From: Ramlibacter sp. | GTDB lineage: Bacteria; Pseudomonadota; Gammaproteobacteria; Burkholderiales; Burkholderiaceae_C | Assembly: GCA_046348225.1 (NCBI GenBank) | Contig: JAXMEQ010000004.1 | Span: forward strand, 234,081 to 298,080 | Direction of reading: 5' to 3' | DNA length: 64,000 nt | Shown here: piece by piece, positions 50,664-60,214 of the stretch | Layout: every line of letters begins with the position of its first letter | Position numbering within the stretch: the first letter of the stretch is position 1 | The notes under the pieces: model-generated | Seen by the model: the letters and a program-made list of their open reading frames with translations, nothing else | Database searches by the model: none | Told to the model about the DNA's origin: nothing | Made by a program: the position numbers and the translations under genes

Positions 50664-52196
50664 TCACGCCAACGCCTTCAGCGCCCGCCGGTATTGCACC
50701 GCCTCGGCCACATGGGTCACCTGGGTGTGCCGGGCGCCGGCCAGGTCGGCGATGGTGCGGGCGACCTTGAGCGCGCGGTGGGTGGCGCGGGCGCTCCAGC
50801 CCAGCCGGGCGGCGGCGGTGTTCAGGAACTGGAGCGCGGCGGCGTCCAGCGCGGCGTGTTCGTCAATCTGCTGGCCCTGCAGCGCCTGGTTGGGGCTGCC
50901 CTGGCGGGCGATGGCGCGTTCACGCGCAGCGGTGCAGCGCGCGCGGATGGCGTCGGTCGGCTCGCCGGGCGGCGTGGCCAGCAGCGCCTCGGGCGGCAGG
51001 GTCGGCACTTCCACATGCAAGTCGATCCGGTCCAGCAGCGGGCCGCTCAACTTGCCCTGGTAGCGCGCCACCTGGTCGGGCGTGCAGCGGCAGGCCTTGA
51101 GGCTGGAGCCCAGGTAGCCACAGGGGCAGGGGTTCATGGCGCCCACGAGCTGGAAGCGGGCCGGGAACTCGGCCCGCCGTGCGGCGCGCGAGATGGTGAT
51201 CTGACCGGTTTCCAGCGGCTCACGCAGTGCTTCCAGCGCGGCCCGTGGGAACTCGACCATCTCGTCCAGAAACAGCACGCCGTGGTGAGCCAGCGAAATC
51301 TCGCCAGGCCGGGGCGGCGAGCCGCCACCCACCAGCGCCACTGCACTGGCGCTGTGGTGCGGCGCCTGGGTGGGCCGCAGGCCCCAGCGCGCCAGTGAGA
51401 AGCTCCCGCCCAGCGAGGCCACGGCCGCGCTTTGCAAGGCTTCGTCGGTCGTCATGGGCGGCAGCAGGCCCGCGAAGCGCTGCGCCAGCATCGACTTGCC
51501 CGAGCCCGGCGGGCCGACCAGCAGCAGGCTGTGGCCGCCGGCAGCGGCAATCTCCAGCGCGCGCTTGGCAGCGGCCTGGCCTTTCACGTCGGCCAGGTCG
51601 GGATAGTGCTCGCTCGCCACCGGAGGGCTGCCAGACACGCGGGCCCAGCCGGGGTGGTCGGCGCCGTCTTCGGGCGGCTCCGGGCGGAACTGCTGCACCA
51701 CGTCGAGCAGGTGCCGGGCGCTGTACACCTGCGCGCCGGGCACCAGCGCGGCCTCTTCGGCGCTGCCGGCGGGCAACACCAGCCGGGTGGCCACGCCCCG
51801 GCTGTGCAGGGCCAGGCTCATGGCGAGCGCGCCGCGCACTGGTCGCAGCTCGCCCGACAGCGACAGTTCGCCGGCAAACTCGTGGCCGGCCAGCTTGCCC
51901 GCGTCGATCTGCCCGCTGGCCGCCAGGATGCCCAGCGCAATCGGCAAATCAAACCGCCCGGAATCCTTGGGCAGGTCGGCCGGCGCCAGATTGACCGTGA
52001 TGCGCTTGTTGCCCGGGAACTCCAGCCCGGCGTTCTGCAGCGCAGAGCGCACCCGCTCGCGGGCCTCCTTCACCTCCACATCGGCCAGACCCACCAGGGT
52101 AAAGCTGGGCAGGCCGTTGGCCAGATGCACCTCGACGGTGACTGCAGCGGCCTCCAGGCCCAGCAAGGCGCGGCTTTGCACCAAAGACAAGCTCAT
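50664..52196 (-). CDS. YifB/ComM-family Mg-chelatase-like ATPase
   Basis: N-terminal Lon-protease-like S5 fold and an AAA+ domain with GPPGSGKSMLA. 510 aa. Confidence 0.9.
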   Translation of the reverse strand: MSLSLVQSRALLGLEAAAVTVEVHLANGLPSFTLVGLADVEVKEARERVRSALQNAGLEFPGNKRITVNLAPADLPKDSGRFDLPIALGILAASGQIDAGKLAGHEFAGELSLSGELRPVRGALAMSLALHSRGVATRLVLPAGSAEEAALVPGAQVYSARHLLDVVQQFRPEPPEDGADHPGWARVSGSPPVASEHYPDLADVKGQAAAKRALEIAAAGGHSLLLVGPPGSGKSMLAQRFAGLLPPMTTDEALQSAAVASLGGSFSLARWGLRPTQAPHHSASAVALVGGGSPPRPGEISLAHHGVLFLDEMVEFPRAALEALREPLETGQITISRAARRAEFPARFQLVGAMNPCPCGYLGSSLKACRCTPDQVARYQGKLSGPLLDRIDLHVEVPTLPPEALLATPPGEPTDAIRARCTAARERAIARQGSPNQALQGQQIDEHAALDAAALQFLNTAAARLGWSARATHRALKVARTIADLAGARHTQVTHVAEAVQYRRALKALA

Positions 52197-52256
52197 TGAA
52201 ACCTTCCTCCCCAGTCAGGTGCGTGTTTAAGGCTGGTGCCTGAAAAAAACCAAGAA

Positions 52257-52273
52257 TGCACCGATAAGGTGCA
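52257..52273. promoter_or_regulatory. NtrC-type binding site
   Basis: TGCACC-GATAA-GGTGCA is a perfect dyad matching the NtrC consensus TGCACC-N5-GGTGCA. It lies about 90 bp upstream of the -24 element. Confidence 0.7.
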
Positions 52274-52355
52274 TAAGCCGCAGTTTTGGACTTGATTGCG
52301 TACTTATAACGGACAGGGCCCGCGTTCAGTGCACCAGCCCACGGGATGTGAAGTT

Positions 52356-52371
52356 TGGCACGCTCCCTGCT
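52356..52371 (+). promoter_or_regulatory. sigma-54 promoter of the porin-glnK-amtB operon
   Basis: TGGCACG-CTCC-CTGCT has -24 GG and -12 GC at canonical spacing, about 40 nt upstream of ATG 52413. Confidence 0.75.
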
Positions 52372-52412
52372 AAGTACCCCCGTCCATTTTCTTTTCTTAA
52401 ACGGAGTACTCC

Positions 52413-53204
52413 ATGAAACTGAAGACCACGCTGATTGCATCCGTCCTGGCTTTTTCTGGCGCCGCCATGGCCCAGACCAAGGCGCCCGAGCCTGACTACA
52501 CCGTGTCCGGCAACATGTCGCTGAACAGCGACTACCGCTTCCGTGGCTTCACCCAGACCGACTACGGCCCGGCCCTGCAAGGCGGTTTCGACTTCGCCCA
52601 CAAGTCCGGCTTCTACCTGGGCAACTGGAACTCCAACGTGCTGAGCCCGCTGTTCACCGGCGCCAGCCTCGAGATGGACTTCTACGGCGGCTACAAGGGT
52701 TCGTTTGGTGATGTCGGCTACGACGTCGGCGCCATCTATTACTACTACCCCAAGAGCGGCAAGAACGCCCCCAACAGCAAGATCGACAACAGCGAAGTCT
52801 ATTTCGGCCTGAGCTACGGCCCGGTGTCCGGCAAGCTGTACTACGCCACCTCGGATTACTTCGACCTGAAGAAATTCACCCCTGGCGCCCGTTCCACCAA
52901 GGGCACGACCTACCTCGACCTGGCCGGCAACTTTGACCTGGGCAGCGGCTTCACGCTGGGCGCCCACGTCGGCATCCTGAACCTCAAGAACGCCGGTGAC
53001 TACTCGGGCCTGGGCATCGCCCGCCTGCCCAGCTCCGTGACCGACTACAAGCTGTCCATCACCAAGGATGTCGGCGGCTTCGGCGTGACCGCCGCCTACG
53101 TGGCCGCTTCCAAGAAAGGCTACTTCACCACCGGCCAGGTGGGCGTGCCTGCTGAAGCAGCCGGCAAGGGCAAGCTGGTGGTTTCCGTGGCCAAGACGTT
53201 CTGA
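52413..53204 (+). CDS. TorF/TIGR02001-family putative outer-membrane porin
   Basis: Signal peptide, alternating beta-strand pattern rich in Tyr/Gly, terminal F. Its position upstream of glnK-amtB is typical for this family. Confidence 0.75.
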   Translation: MKLKTTLIASVLAFSGAAMAQTKAPEPDYTVSGNMSLNSDYRFRGFTQTDYGPALQGGFDFAHKSGFYLGNWNSNVLSPLFTGASLEMDFYGGYKGSFGDVGYDVGAIYYYYPKSGKNAPNSKIDNSEVYFGLSYGPVSGKLYYATSDYFDLKKFTPGARSTKGTTYLDLAGNFDLGSGFTLGAHVGILNLKNAGDYSGLGIARLPSSVTDYKLSITKDVGGFGVTAAYVAASKKGYFTTGQVGVPAEAAGKGKLVVSVAKTF

Positions 53205-53221
53205 ATCTGACGGTTCACTGA

Positions 53222-53569
<348 letters not shown>

Positions 53570-53594
53570 GCCTCCCATCAAGAAAGAGACACCC

Positions 53595-55112
53595 ATGAAA
53601 AAACTACTTGCCTCCCTGGCCCTCGGCCTGGGTTTGCTGATCGGCGGCACGGCCGCCATCGCCCAGGCACCCGCCGCAGCCCCGGCAGCGGCAGCGCCTG
53701 CGGCAGAAGCCAAGCCGGCTGAAGCGGCACCGGCGGCCGCTGCGGCTGCAGCCCCCGCGGCCGCCGCGCCGGCTGCAGCACCGGCCGCGGCCCCCGCGCC
53801 CGTGCCCAACAAGGGCGACACCGCCTGGATGACGGTGGCCACCGTCCTCGTGATCTTCATGACCCTGCCCGGTCTGGCACTGTTCTACGGCGGCCTGGTC
53901 CGCAGCAAGAACATGCTGTCGGTGCTGATGCAGGTGTTTGTGGTCAGCTCGATGATCTACATCCTGTGGGTCATCTACGGCTACAGCGTTGCGTTCACGG
54001 CGGGCAACCCGTTCATGGGCACGTTCGACAAGCTCTTCCTCAAGGGCGTGACGGTTGACAGCGTGGCGGCCACCTTCAGCAAGGGCGTGGTGATTCCCGA
54101 ACTGTCGTTCGTTGCCTTCCAGGCCACGTTCGCCGCCATCACCTGCGCACTGATCATCGGCGCCTTCGCCGAGCGGGCCAAGTTCTCGGCCATCCTGCTG
54201 TTCAGCGCGCTGTGGTTCACCTTCAGCTACCTGCCGATCGCCCACATGGTCTGGTACTGGGACGGCCCGGACGCGATCACGGACGCTGCTTCGCTCGAGA
54301 AGGTCACGGCCGCGGCCGGCTGGCTCTGGGCCAAGGGTGCGCTCGACTTCGCGGGCGGTACCGTGGTGCACATCAACGCCGGCGTCGCTGGCCTGGTGGG
54401 TGCGTATGTGATTGGCAAGCGCACGGGCTACGGCAAAGAATCGATGGCACCGCACAGCCTGACGCTGACCATGGTCGGTGCCTCCATGCTGTGGGTGGGC
54501 TGGTTCGGCTTCAACGCCGGCTCCAACCTGGAAGCCAACGGCCTGACGGCGCTGGCTTTCGTCAACACGCTGGTCGCCACGGCCGCTGCCACGCTGAGCT
54601 GGATCGCCGGTGAAGCGCTGTCCAAGGGCAAGGCCTCGATGCTGGGCGCTGCGTCCGGCGCGGTGGCCGGCCTGGTGGCCATCACCCCGGCCTGCGGCTT
54701 CGTGGGCCCGATGGGCGCCATCGTGATTGGTCTGGTCTCGGGTCTGGTCTGCCTGTGGGGCGTCAATGGCCTCAAGCGCATGCTTGGCGCTGACGACTCG
54801 CTCGACGTGTTCGGCGTGCACGGCGTGGGCGGCATTCTGGGCGCCCTGCTGACCGGCGTGTTTGCATCGCCCTCGCTCGGCGGCACCGGTGTGTACGACT
54901 ATGTGGCCAACAAGACCGCCGAAGGCTATTCCATCGGCGGCCAGGTCTGGATCCAGGCGCAGGGCGTGATCACCACGGTGATCTGGTCTGCGGTGGTGGC
55001 CTTCATCGCCTTCAAGCTGGTGGATCTGGTCATCGGCCTGCGCGTCACCGAAGAGGAAGAGCGCGAAGGTCTTGACATCTCCAGCCACGGCGAAACCGCC
55101 TACAACCGCTGA
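53595..55112 (+). CDS. amtB: ammonium transporter AmtB (with Ala/Pro-rich N-terminal extension)
   Basis: Start at ATG 53595 (MKKLLASLALGLGLL signal peptide). Amt-family TM core (DFAGGTVVHINAG, FGVHGVGGILG). Confidence 0.9.
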   Translation: MKKLLASLALGLGLLIGGTAAIAQAPAAAPAAAAPAAEAKPAEAAPAAAAAAAPAAAAPAAAPAAAPAPVPNKGDTAWMTVATVLVIFMTLPGLALFYGGLVRSKNMLSVLMQVFVVSSMIYILWVIYGYSVAFTAGNPFMGTFDKLFLKGVTVDSVAATFSKGVVIPELSFVAFQATFAAITCALIIGAFAERAKFSAILLFSALWFTFSYLPIAHMVWYWDGPDAITDAASLEKVTAAAGWLWAKGALDFAGGTVVHINAGVAGLVGAYVIGKRTGYGKESMAPHSLTLTMVGASMLWVGWFGFNAGSNLEANGLTALAFVNTLVATAAATLSWIAGEALSKGKASMLGAASGAVAGLVAITPACGFVGPMGAIVIGLVSGLVCLWGVNGLKRMLGADDSLDVFGVHGVGGILGALLTGVFASPSLGGTGVYDYVANKTAEGYSIGGQVWIQAQGVITTVIWSAVVAFIAFKLVDLVIGLRVTEEEEREGLDISSHGETAYNR

Positions 55113-55165
55113 TGCGGTTGCAACAGAACTGATTTTTCGTCAAGCAAGAGTCTCCTTTGGATGTT

Positions 55166-55195
55166 GGGCCCGCAGCAATGCGGGCCCTTTTTTTT
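55166..55195 (+). terminator. intrinsic terminator after amtB
   Basis: GGGCCCGCA-GCAA-TGCGGGCCC followed by T8. Confidence 0.9.
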
Positions 55196-55246
55196 GTACG
55201 CGGTACGTTGCGCTGCGTCAGCCCGTGCGCCGACCGGCCATGCACA

Positions 55247-56122
55247 ATGCAACGCATGACGACATCGATCGAACTGGCCTGTGACGGCCTGCGCTGCGAG
55301 CTTGCGCCGGCACTGGGCGGCAGCGTGGCCGGGCTCTGGCTCGGGGCCGTGCCGGTGCTGCGCTCCACCCCGGCGGCGCAGCTGGTGACGGCGCGTCAGG
55401 CGGGCAGCTACCCGCTGGTGCCGTTTTCCAACCGCATGGGCCACGCCACGCTGCAGTGGCAGGGCACCAGCCACCCTCTGGTGCGCAACAACGGCGACGA
55501 GCCGCATGCCATTCACGGCGTCGGCTGGCAGCGGCCCTGGGAAGTGCTGGAGCATGACGCGCGCTTTGCCCTGCTGTCATTCGAGCACCGCCCGGATGCA
55601 TCGTGGCCATTCGCCTTTGACGCGTCCCAGACCTTCCGCATCGCCGCCGGATCGCTTGAGATGACGCTGAGCGTGACCAACCAGTCCGGCCAGAGCGCGC
55701 CGTTGGGTATCGGCTGGCATCCGTACTTCGTCAAGCGCGCGGGCAGCCGGCTGCGGTTCCAGGCCACCGGCCGCTGGGAAATGGGCGCCGACAAGCTCCC
55801 CACGCGACGCCAGCCCAGCACCGGGCTCGACGCGGACTGCGCGACGCTGGACGTGGACCACTGCTTCGACGGCTGGCAGGGCACGGTGGACCTGCGCGAC
55901 CCGCTGTTGCACACCCGCATCAGCACCGGGCTGCAGCGGCTGGTGGTGTTCACCAATGGCACCCGCGACTTCGTGGCAATAGAGCCCGTCAGCCACGTCA
56001 ACAATGCCGTCAACCTGTTGCAGGCAGGCCTGGCGTCGGCGGCCGAGCTGGGCGTGCAGGTGCTGGCGCCCGGCGAGTCGTTCAGTGCCAGCATGACCAT
56101 CGACGTGGCGGCGGCCCCATGA
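55247..56122 (+). CDS. aldose 1-epimerase family protein
   Basis: Start placed after the terminator (MQRMTTSIEL...). Motifs PFSNR, HGVGW and GWHPYF are typical of the aldose-epimerase superfamily. Confidence 0.75.
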   Translation: MQRMTTSIELACDGLRCELAPALGGSVAGLWLGAVPVLRSTPAAQLVTARQAGSYPLVPFSNRMGHATLQWQGTSHPLVRNNGDEPHAIHGVGWQRPWEVLEHDARFALLSFEHRPDASWPFAFDASQTFRIAAGSLEMTLSVTNQSGQSAPLGIGWHPYFVKRAGSRLRFQATGRWEMGADKLPTRRQPSTGLDADCATLDVDHCFDGWQGTVDLRDPLLHTRISTGLQRLVVFTNGTRDFVAIEPVSHVNNAVNLLQAGLASAAELGVQVLAPGESFSASMTIDVAAAP

Positions 56123-57048
56123 GCCCGGCCACGCCGGCGGCCTGGCGTGTGGCCGTGGCCGAGCCCTCGGCCCTGGGCGAATCGCCGTTCTGGCACCCGC
56201 ACGAGCAGATGCTGTACTGGGTGGACATTGCGGCCAGCCAGGTGTGCCGGGCCAACATCTTCATGGGGCTGGTGCAGCGCTGGGCCCTGCCGCAGACGCC
56301 CGGCTGCATTGCGCCTGCCGCCCGTGGCGGTCTGGTGCTGGGCCTGCGCGACGGCATTTACCGCGCCGCCGAATGGGGCGGCGCCCTGACGCGGCTGTGC
56401 GCGCTGCCGGGCGACCCGTCGCGCTTGCGCTTCAACGACGGCAAGGCCGACCCGGCGGGCCATTTCTGGGCGGGCACCTATGCCGAGCAGAAGCAGCAGC
56501 CGGAGGCCGCACTCTACTGCCTCGACGCCACCCGCCACCCGCCGGCCCTGCAGGTGGTGCGCAGCGGGTTCTTCACATCCAACGGCCTGGCCTGGTCGCC
56601 CGACGGCGCCACGATGTACTGGGCAGACACCCAGGGCCACCGAATTCACGCCTGGGCCTGCGACGCTCAGACCCACATGCCGGGCCCGGCGCGGGTGTTC
56701 CATGAACTGGCGGCCAAACCGCCGGGCTGGCAACCCGGGCAGCCGGGCTATGCCGGCCGGCCCGACGGCGCGGCGGTGGACAGCGAGGGCAACTACTGGT
56801 GCGCCCTGTACGAGGGTGCTCGCCTGCGCAAGCTGTCGCCAACCGGTCAGGTGCTCGCCGACTACGCCGTGCCCGCGCAATGCCCGACCATGCCGTGCTT
56901 TGGCGGCGACGACCTGCGCACCCTGTACCTCACCACCGCGCGCCAGGGTCGCCCCGAAGCCGAGCTGGCCGCGTGGCCGCACTCGGGCTGCGTGCTGTCG
57001 ATGCGGGTGGATGTGCCGGGCCTGCCCGTCAACTTTTTCAGCGGCTGA
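56119..57048 (+). CDS. SMP-30/gluconolactonase/LRE-family protein
   Basis: GESPFWH, RFNDGKADPAG, SNGLAWSPDG and PDGAAVDSEGNYW motifs. ATGA overlap with the upstream gene. Confidence 0.85.
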   Translation: MSPATPAAWRVAVAEPSALGESPFWHPHEQMLYWVDIAASQVCRANIFMGLVQRWALPQTPGCIAPAARGGLVLGLRDGIYRAAEWGGALTRLCALPGDPSRLRFNDGKADPAGHFWAGTYAEQKQQPEAALYCLDATRHPPALQVVRSGFFTSNGLAWSPDGATMYWADTQGHRIHAWACDAQTHMPGPARVFHELAAKPPGWQPGQPGYAGRPDGAAVDSEGNYWCALYEGARLRKLSPTGQVLADYAVPAQCPTMPCFGGDDLRTLYLTTARQGRPEAELAAWPHSGCVLSMRVDVPGLPVNFFSG

Positions 57049-57100
57049 TTTCAAAAAGATCAATGCCGCCGCCACCGGCTGCGGCCTTACCATCTACCGC

Positions 57101-58222
57101 ATGGACCCAGCCCTGCGCCCGATCATCGACCGCATTCGCGCCGCTGCCGCCGCCGGCACGCCGCTGCGTATCCGCGGCGGTGGCACCAAGGACTTCTACG
57201 GCGAACGCCTGGTGGGCGAGGTGTTGGACACCGCGCCGCTGGCCGGCATCACCAGTTACGAACCCAGTGAGCTGGTGGTAACGGTGCGCGCCGGCACGCC
57301 GCTGGCCACGCTGGAAGCGGCGCTGGCAGACAAGGGCCAGTGCCTGCCGTTCGAGCCACCGCATTTCGCGCCGGGCGGCACCGTGGGCGGCATGGTGGCC
57401 GCGGGGCTCAGCGGCCCGGCACGCGCCACGGCCGGCTCGGTGCGCGACTATGTGCTGGGGCTTTCGATGGTCAACGGCCGTGCAGAACACCTGACCTTCG
57501 GCGGGCAGGTCATGAAGAACGTGGCGGGCTATGACGTGTCCCGCCTGATGGCCGGATCGCTGGGCACGCTGGGCCTCATCACCGAGGTCAGCCTCAAGGT
57601 GCTGCCGGTGGCGCCGGCCGAGGCCACGCTGCGCTTCACGCTGGACGAAGCCGGCGCCATCCGGCAACTCAACCAGTGGGCCGGCCAGCCGCTGCCGCTG
57701 AACGCCAGCTCGTGGGTGGTGGATGCGGGCCAGCCGGTGCTGTACCTGCGTCTGCGCGGCGCTGTGGCGGCGGTGGAGGCCGCCTGCCAGCGCCTGCTTC
57801 ACGACCTGCCGGGCGAGCGCATGGACAGCGCCGCCACCCGCGCCGACTGGGCCGCTGCACGCGACCTGCGGCTGCCCTGGTTTGCGGACGGCTTGGCGCG
57901 CGGTCAGGACCTGTGGCGCCTGTCGGTGGCGCCCACGGCCCCGCCGCTGGGGGTGGGCGACACCTTCGTCGAGTGGCTGGGCGGCCAGCGCTGGGTCTGG
58001 GCTGACCCGGCGGACGCGGGGGCGGCCACCCGGCTGCGCTCAGCGGCCGCGGCTCATGGCGGACACGCTACACTTTTTATAGTAGCTCACGCAGATTCGG
58101 CGCGGGCTGCAGCCCGATTTACCCCTCTGGCCGGTGCGCTGGCCCGGATTCACCGCGAACTCCAGCGTCAGTTTGACCCGGCCGGCATCTTCAACCCCGG
58201 GCGTCTTCTGACGCCGGCCTGA
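57101..58222 (+). CDS. glcE: glycolate oxidase FAD-binding subunit GlcE
   Basis: Start at ATG 57101. FAD-binding PCMH domain (LRIRGGGTKDFYG, GGTVGG). C-terminal FDPAGIFNPGRL. Contains REP-like copy F in frame. Confidence 0.8.
   Translation: MDPALRPIIDRIRAAAAAGTPLRIRGGGTKDFYGERLVGEVLDTAPLAGITSYEPSELVVTVRAGTPLATLEAALADKGQCLPFEPPHFAPGGTVGGMVAAGLSGPARATAGSVRDYVLGLSMVNGRAEHLTFGGQVMKNVAGYDVSRLMAGSLGTLGLITEVSLKVLPVAPAEATLRFTLDEAGAIRQLNQWAGQPLPLNASSWVVDAGQPVLYLRLRGAVAAVEAACQRLLHDLPGERMDSAATRADWAAARDLRLPWFADGLARGQDLWRLSVAPTAPPLGVGDTFVEWLGGQRWVWADPADAGAATRLRSAAAAHGGHATLFIVAHADSARAAARFTPLAGALARIHRELQRQFDPAGIFNPGRLLTPA
58067..58120 (-). repeat. REP-like element, copy F (inside the glcE coding sequence)
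   Basis: GCTACACTTTTTATAGTAGCTCACGCAGATTCGGCGCGGGCTGCAGCCCGATTT aligns over its full length to the reverse complement of copies B-E. Confidence 0.8.
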
Positions 58223-58226
58223 ACGC

Positions 58227-58970
58227 ATGCGCAGGCTGCGTCACCTCAGCGGGCGCCACCGCACCCCGTCCACCAACCGGCTGCTGGGGCTGCTGCTGGC
58301 GTTCAATGCCGGCGCCATCAATGCGGGCGGCTTTCTGGTGGTGGGGCTGTACACCTCGCACATGACAGGCTTTGTGTCGGTGGTGGCGGACAACCTCGTG
58401 CTGGGGCAACTCACGCTGGTGCTGGGGGCGTTGGGGGCGCTGCTGTTCTTCCTGGCGGGCGCGGCCACCACGGCGGTGCTGGTCAACTGGGCCCGGCAGC
58501 GCCAGCTCAGCAGCGGCTTTGCGCTGCCGCTCCTGCTGGAGGCCGGCCTGCTGCTTACCTTTGGCCTGGTGGGCGCCACGCTGGATCGCCAGACGCCGTT
58601 TGCGGTGCCGGTCACGGTGCTGCTGCTGGCGTTCACCATGGGGCTGCAGAACGCGCTGGTGACCAAGATTTCGTCGGCGCAGATCCGCACCACCCACATG
58701 ACCGGTGTGATCACCGACCTGGGCATCGAGCTGGGCAAGCTGCTTTACTGGAACCGGGCGGACCTGCCGCCCGACAGCCATGTGCGAGCCAACCGGGCCC
58801 GGCTGCACCTGTTCGGCGCGCTGCTGGGCATGTTCACCGCGGGCGGTGTCACCGGCGCGGCCGGCTTCAAGTACATCGGCTTCGTCTGGGTGGTGCCGTT
58901 CGCGCTGGTGCTGCTGGCGCTGTCGCTGCCGCCGTTTGTGACCGACCTGCAGCGCCTGCGCCTGCCCTGA
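58227..58970 (+). CDS. YoaK/DUF1275-family membrane protein
   Basis: FNAGAINAGGFL...YTSHMTG and RTTHMTGVITD motifs. Six hydrophobic segments. Confidence 0.8.
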   Translation: MRRLRHLSGRHRTPSTNRLLGLLLAFNAGAINAGGFLVVGLYTSHMTGFVSVVADNLVLGQLTLVLGALGALLFFLAGAATTAVLVNWARQRQLSSGFALPLLLEAGLLLTFGLVGATLDRQTPFAVPVTVLLLAFTMGLQNALVTKISSAQIRTTHMTGVITDLGIELGKLLYWNRADLPPDSHVRANRARLHLFGALLGMFTAGGVTGAAGFKYIGFVWVVPFALVLLALSLPPFVTDLQRLRLP

Positions 58971-58990
58971 CCGACCTTTTCCTGCTCACC

Positions 58991-60214
58991 ATGCAAACCA
59001 ATCTTGCCCCCGAGTTCCGCGACACGCCTGATGGCCTGGAGGCCGAGGCCATCCTGCGCAAGTGCGTGCACTGCGGCTTCTGCACCGCCACCTGCCCGAC
59101 CTACCAGCTGCTGGGCGACGAGCTGGACGGGCCGCGTGGTCGCATCTACCTGATGAAGCAGGTGCTGGAAGGCGAAACACCAACGCGCAAGACCCAGCTG
59201 CACCTGGACCGCTGCCTGACCTGCCGCAACTGCGAAACCACCTGCCCCAGCGGTGTGCAGTACGGCCACCTGGTCGACATTGGCCGCAAGATCGTGGACG
59301 AGAAGGTGGGCCGGCCGCTGGGCGAAAAGGCCCTGCGCTGGGCGCTCAAGGAAGGCCTGCCCTCGCCCCTGTTCGGCCCGGCCATGGCGCTGGGCCAGAG
59401 CGTGCGCGGGCTGTTGCCCGATTCACTCAAGGCCAAGGTGCCGCCGCGGCAGCAGGCGGGCGCCTGGCCTACCCGCACCCACGCGCGCCGCGTGCTGATG
59501 CTGGCCGGCTGCGTGCAGCCGGCGATGATGCCCAACATCAACAGCGCCACCGCCCGCGTGCTGGATGCTGCCGGCATCCAGACCGTGGTGGAAGGCAACG
59601 CCGGCTGCTGCGGCGCCGTCAAGTTCCACCTGAACGACCAGGACGGCGGCAAGGCCCAGATGCGCGCCAACATCGACGCCTGGTGGCCGCATGTGGAGGC
59701 CGGGGTAGAGGCCATTGTCATGAACGCGTCGGGCTGCGGCGTCACCGTCAAGGAGTACGGCCACATCCTGCGCGATGACCCGGCGTATGCGCAGAAGGCC
59801 GCGCGCATCAGCGAGCTCACGCGCGACCTGAGCGAGCTGCTGCCCGAGCTGGTGTCGGCGCTGCGCGGCAAGGTCGCGGCACGCGCCGGGCAGATCGCCT
59901 ACCACCCGCCGTGCACGCTGCAGCATGGCCAGAAGCTCAAGGGCGGGGTGGAGAAGCACCTGGCCGAGCTGGGCTTTCGCATCCAGGCGTCGCCCAACGA
60001 GCCGCACCTGTGCTGCGGCTCGGCCGGTACCTACAGCGTGCTCAACCCCGACATCGCCTACCAGCTGCGCGACCGCAAGCTTGGCCACCTGCAGGAACTG
60101 CAACCCGAGGTGATCGCCAGCGCCAACATCGGCTGCATCACCCACCTGCAAAGCGGCTGCGCCACCCCGGTGAAGCACTGGGTGGAACTGCTGGACGAAG
60201 CGCTCAGCGCGTAA
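58991..60214 (+). CDS. glcF: glycolate oxidase iron-sulfur subunit GlcF
   Basis: Two 4Fe-4S motifs, CVHCGFCTATCP and CLTCRNCETTCP, plus two CCG domains (GCCG, LCCGSAG). Confidence 0.9.
   Translation: MQTNLAPEFRDTPDGLEAEAILRKCVHCGFCTATCPTYQLLGDELDGPRGRIYLMKQVLEGETPTRKTQLHLDRCLTCRNCETTCPSGVQYGHLVDIGRKIVDEKVGRPLGEKALRWALKEGLPSPLFGPAMALGQSVRGLLPDSLKAKVPPRQQAGAWPTRTHARRVLMLAGCVQPAMMPNINSATARVLDAAGIQTVVEGNAGCCGAVKFHLNDQDGGKAQMRANIDAWWPHVEAGVEAIVMNASGCGVTVKEYGHILRDDPAYAQKAARISELTRDLSELLPELVSALRGKVAARAGQIAYHPPCTLQHGQKLKGGVEKHLAELGFRIQASPNEPHLCCGSAGTYSVLNPDIAYQLRDRKLGHLQELQPEVIASANIGCITHLQSGCATPVKHWVELLDEALSA

Noticed and set aside
53667-53810. Tandem or CRISPR-like repetitive DNA
   Set aside because: The periodicity is just GCN codon repetition encoding the Ala/Pro-rich AmtB linker. 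There is no repeat-spacer architecture, and no CRISPR array exists anywhere in the window.
56480-57100. 5' extension of the glcE ORF (580-aa track ORF)
   Set aside because: It overlaps the SMP-30/gluconolactonase gene in another frame. The GlcE homology starts at MDPALRPIIDRI (ATG 57101).
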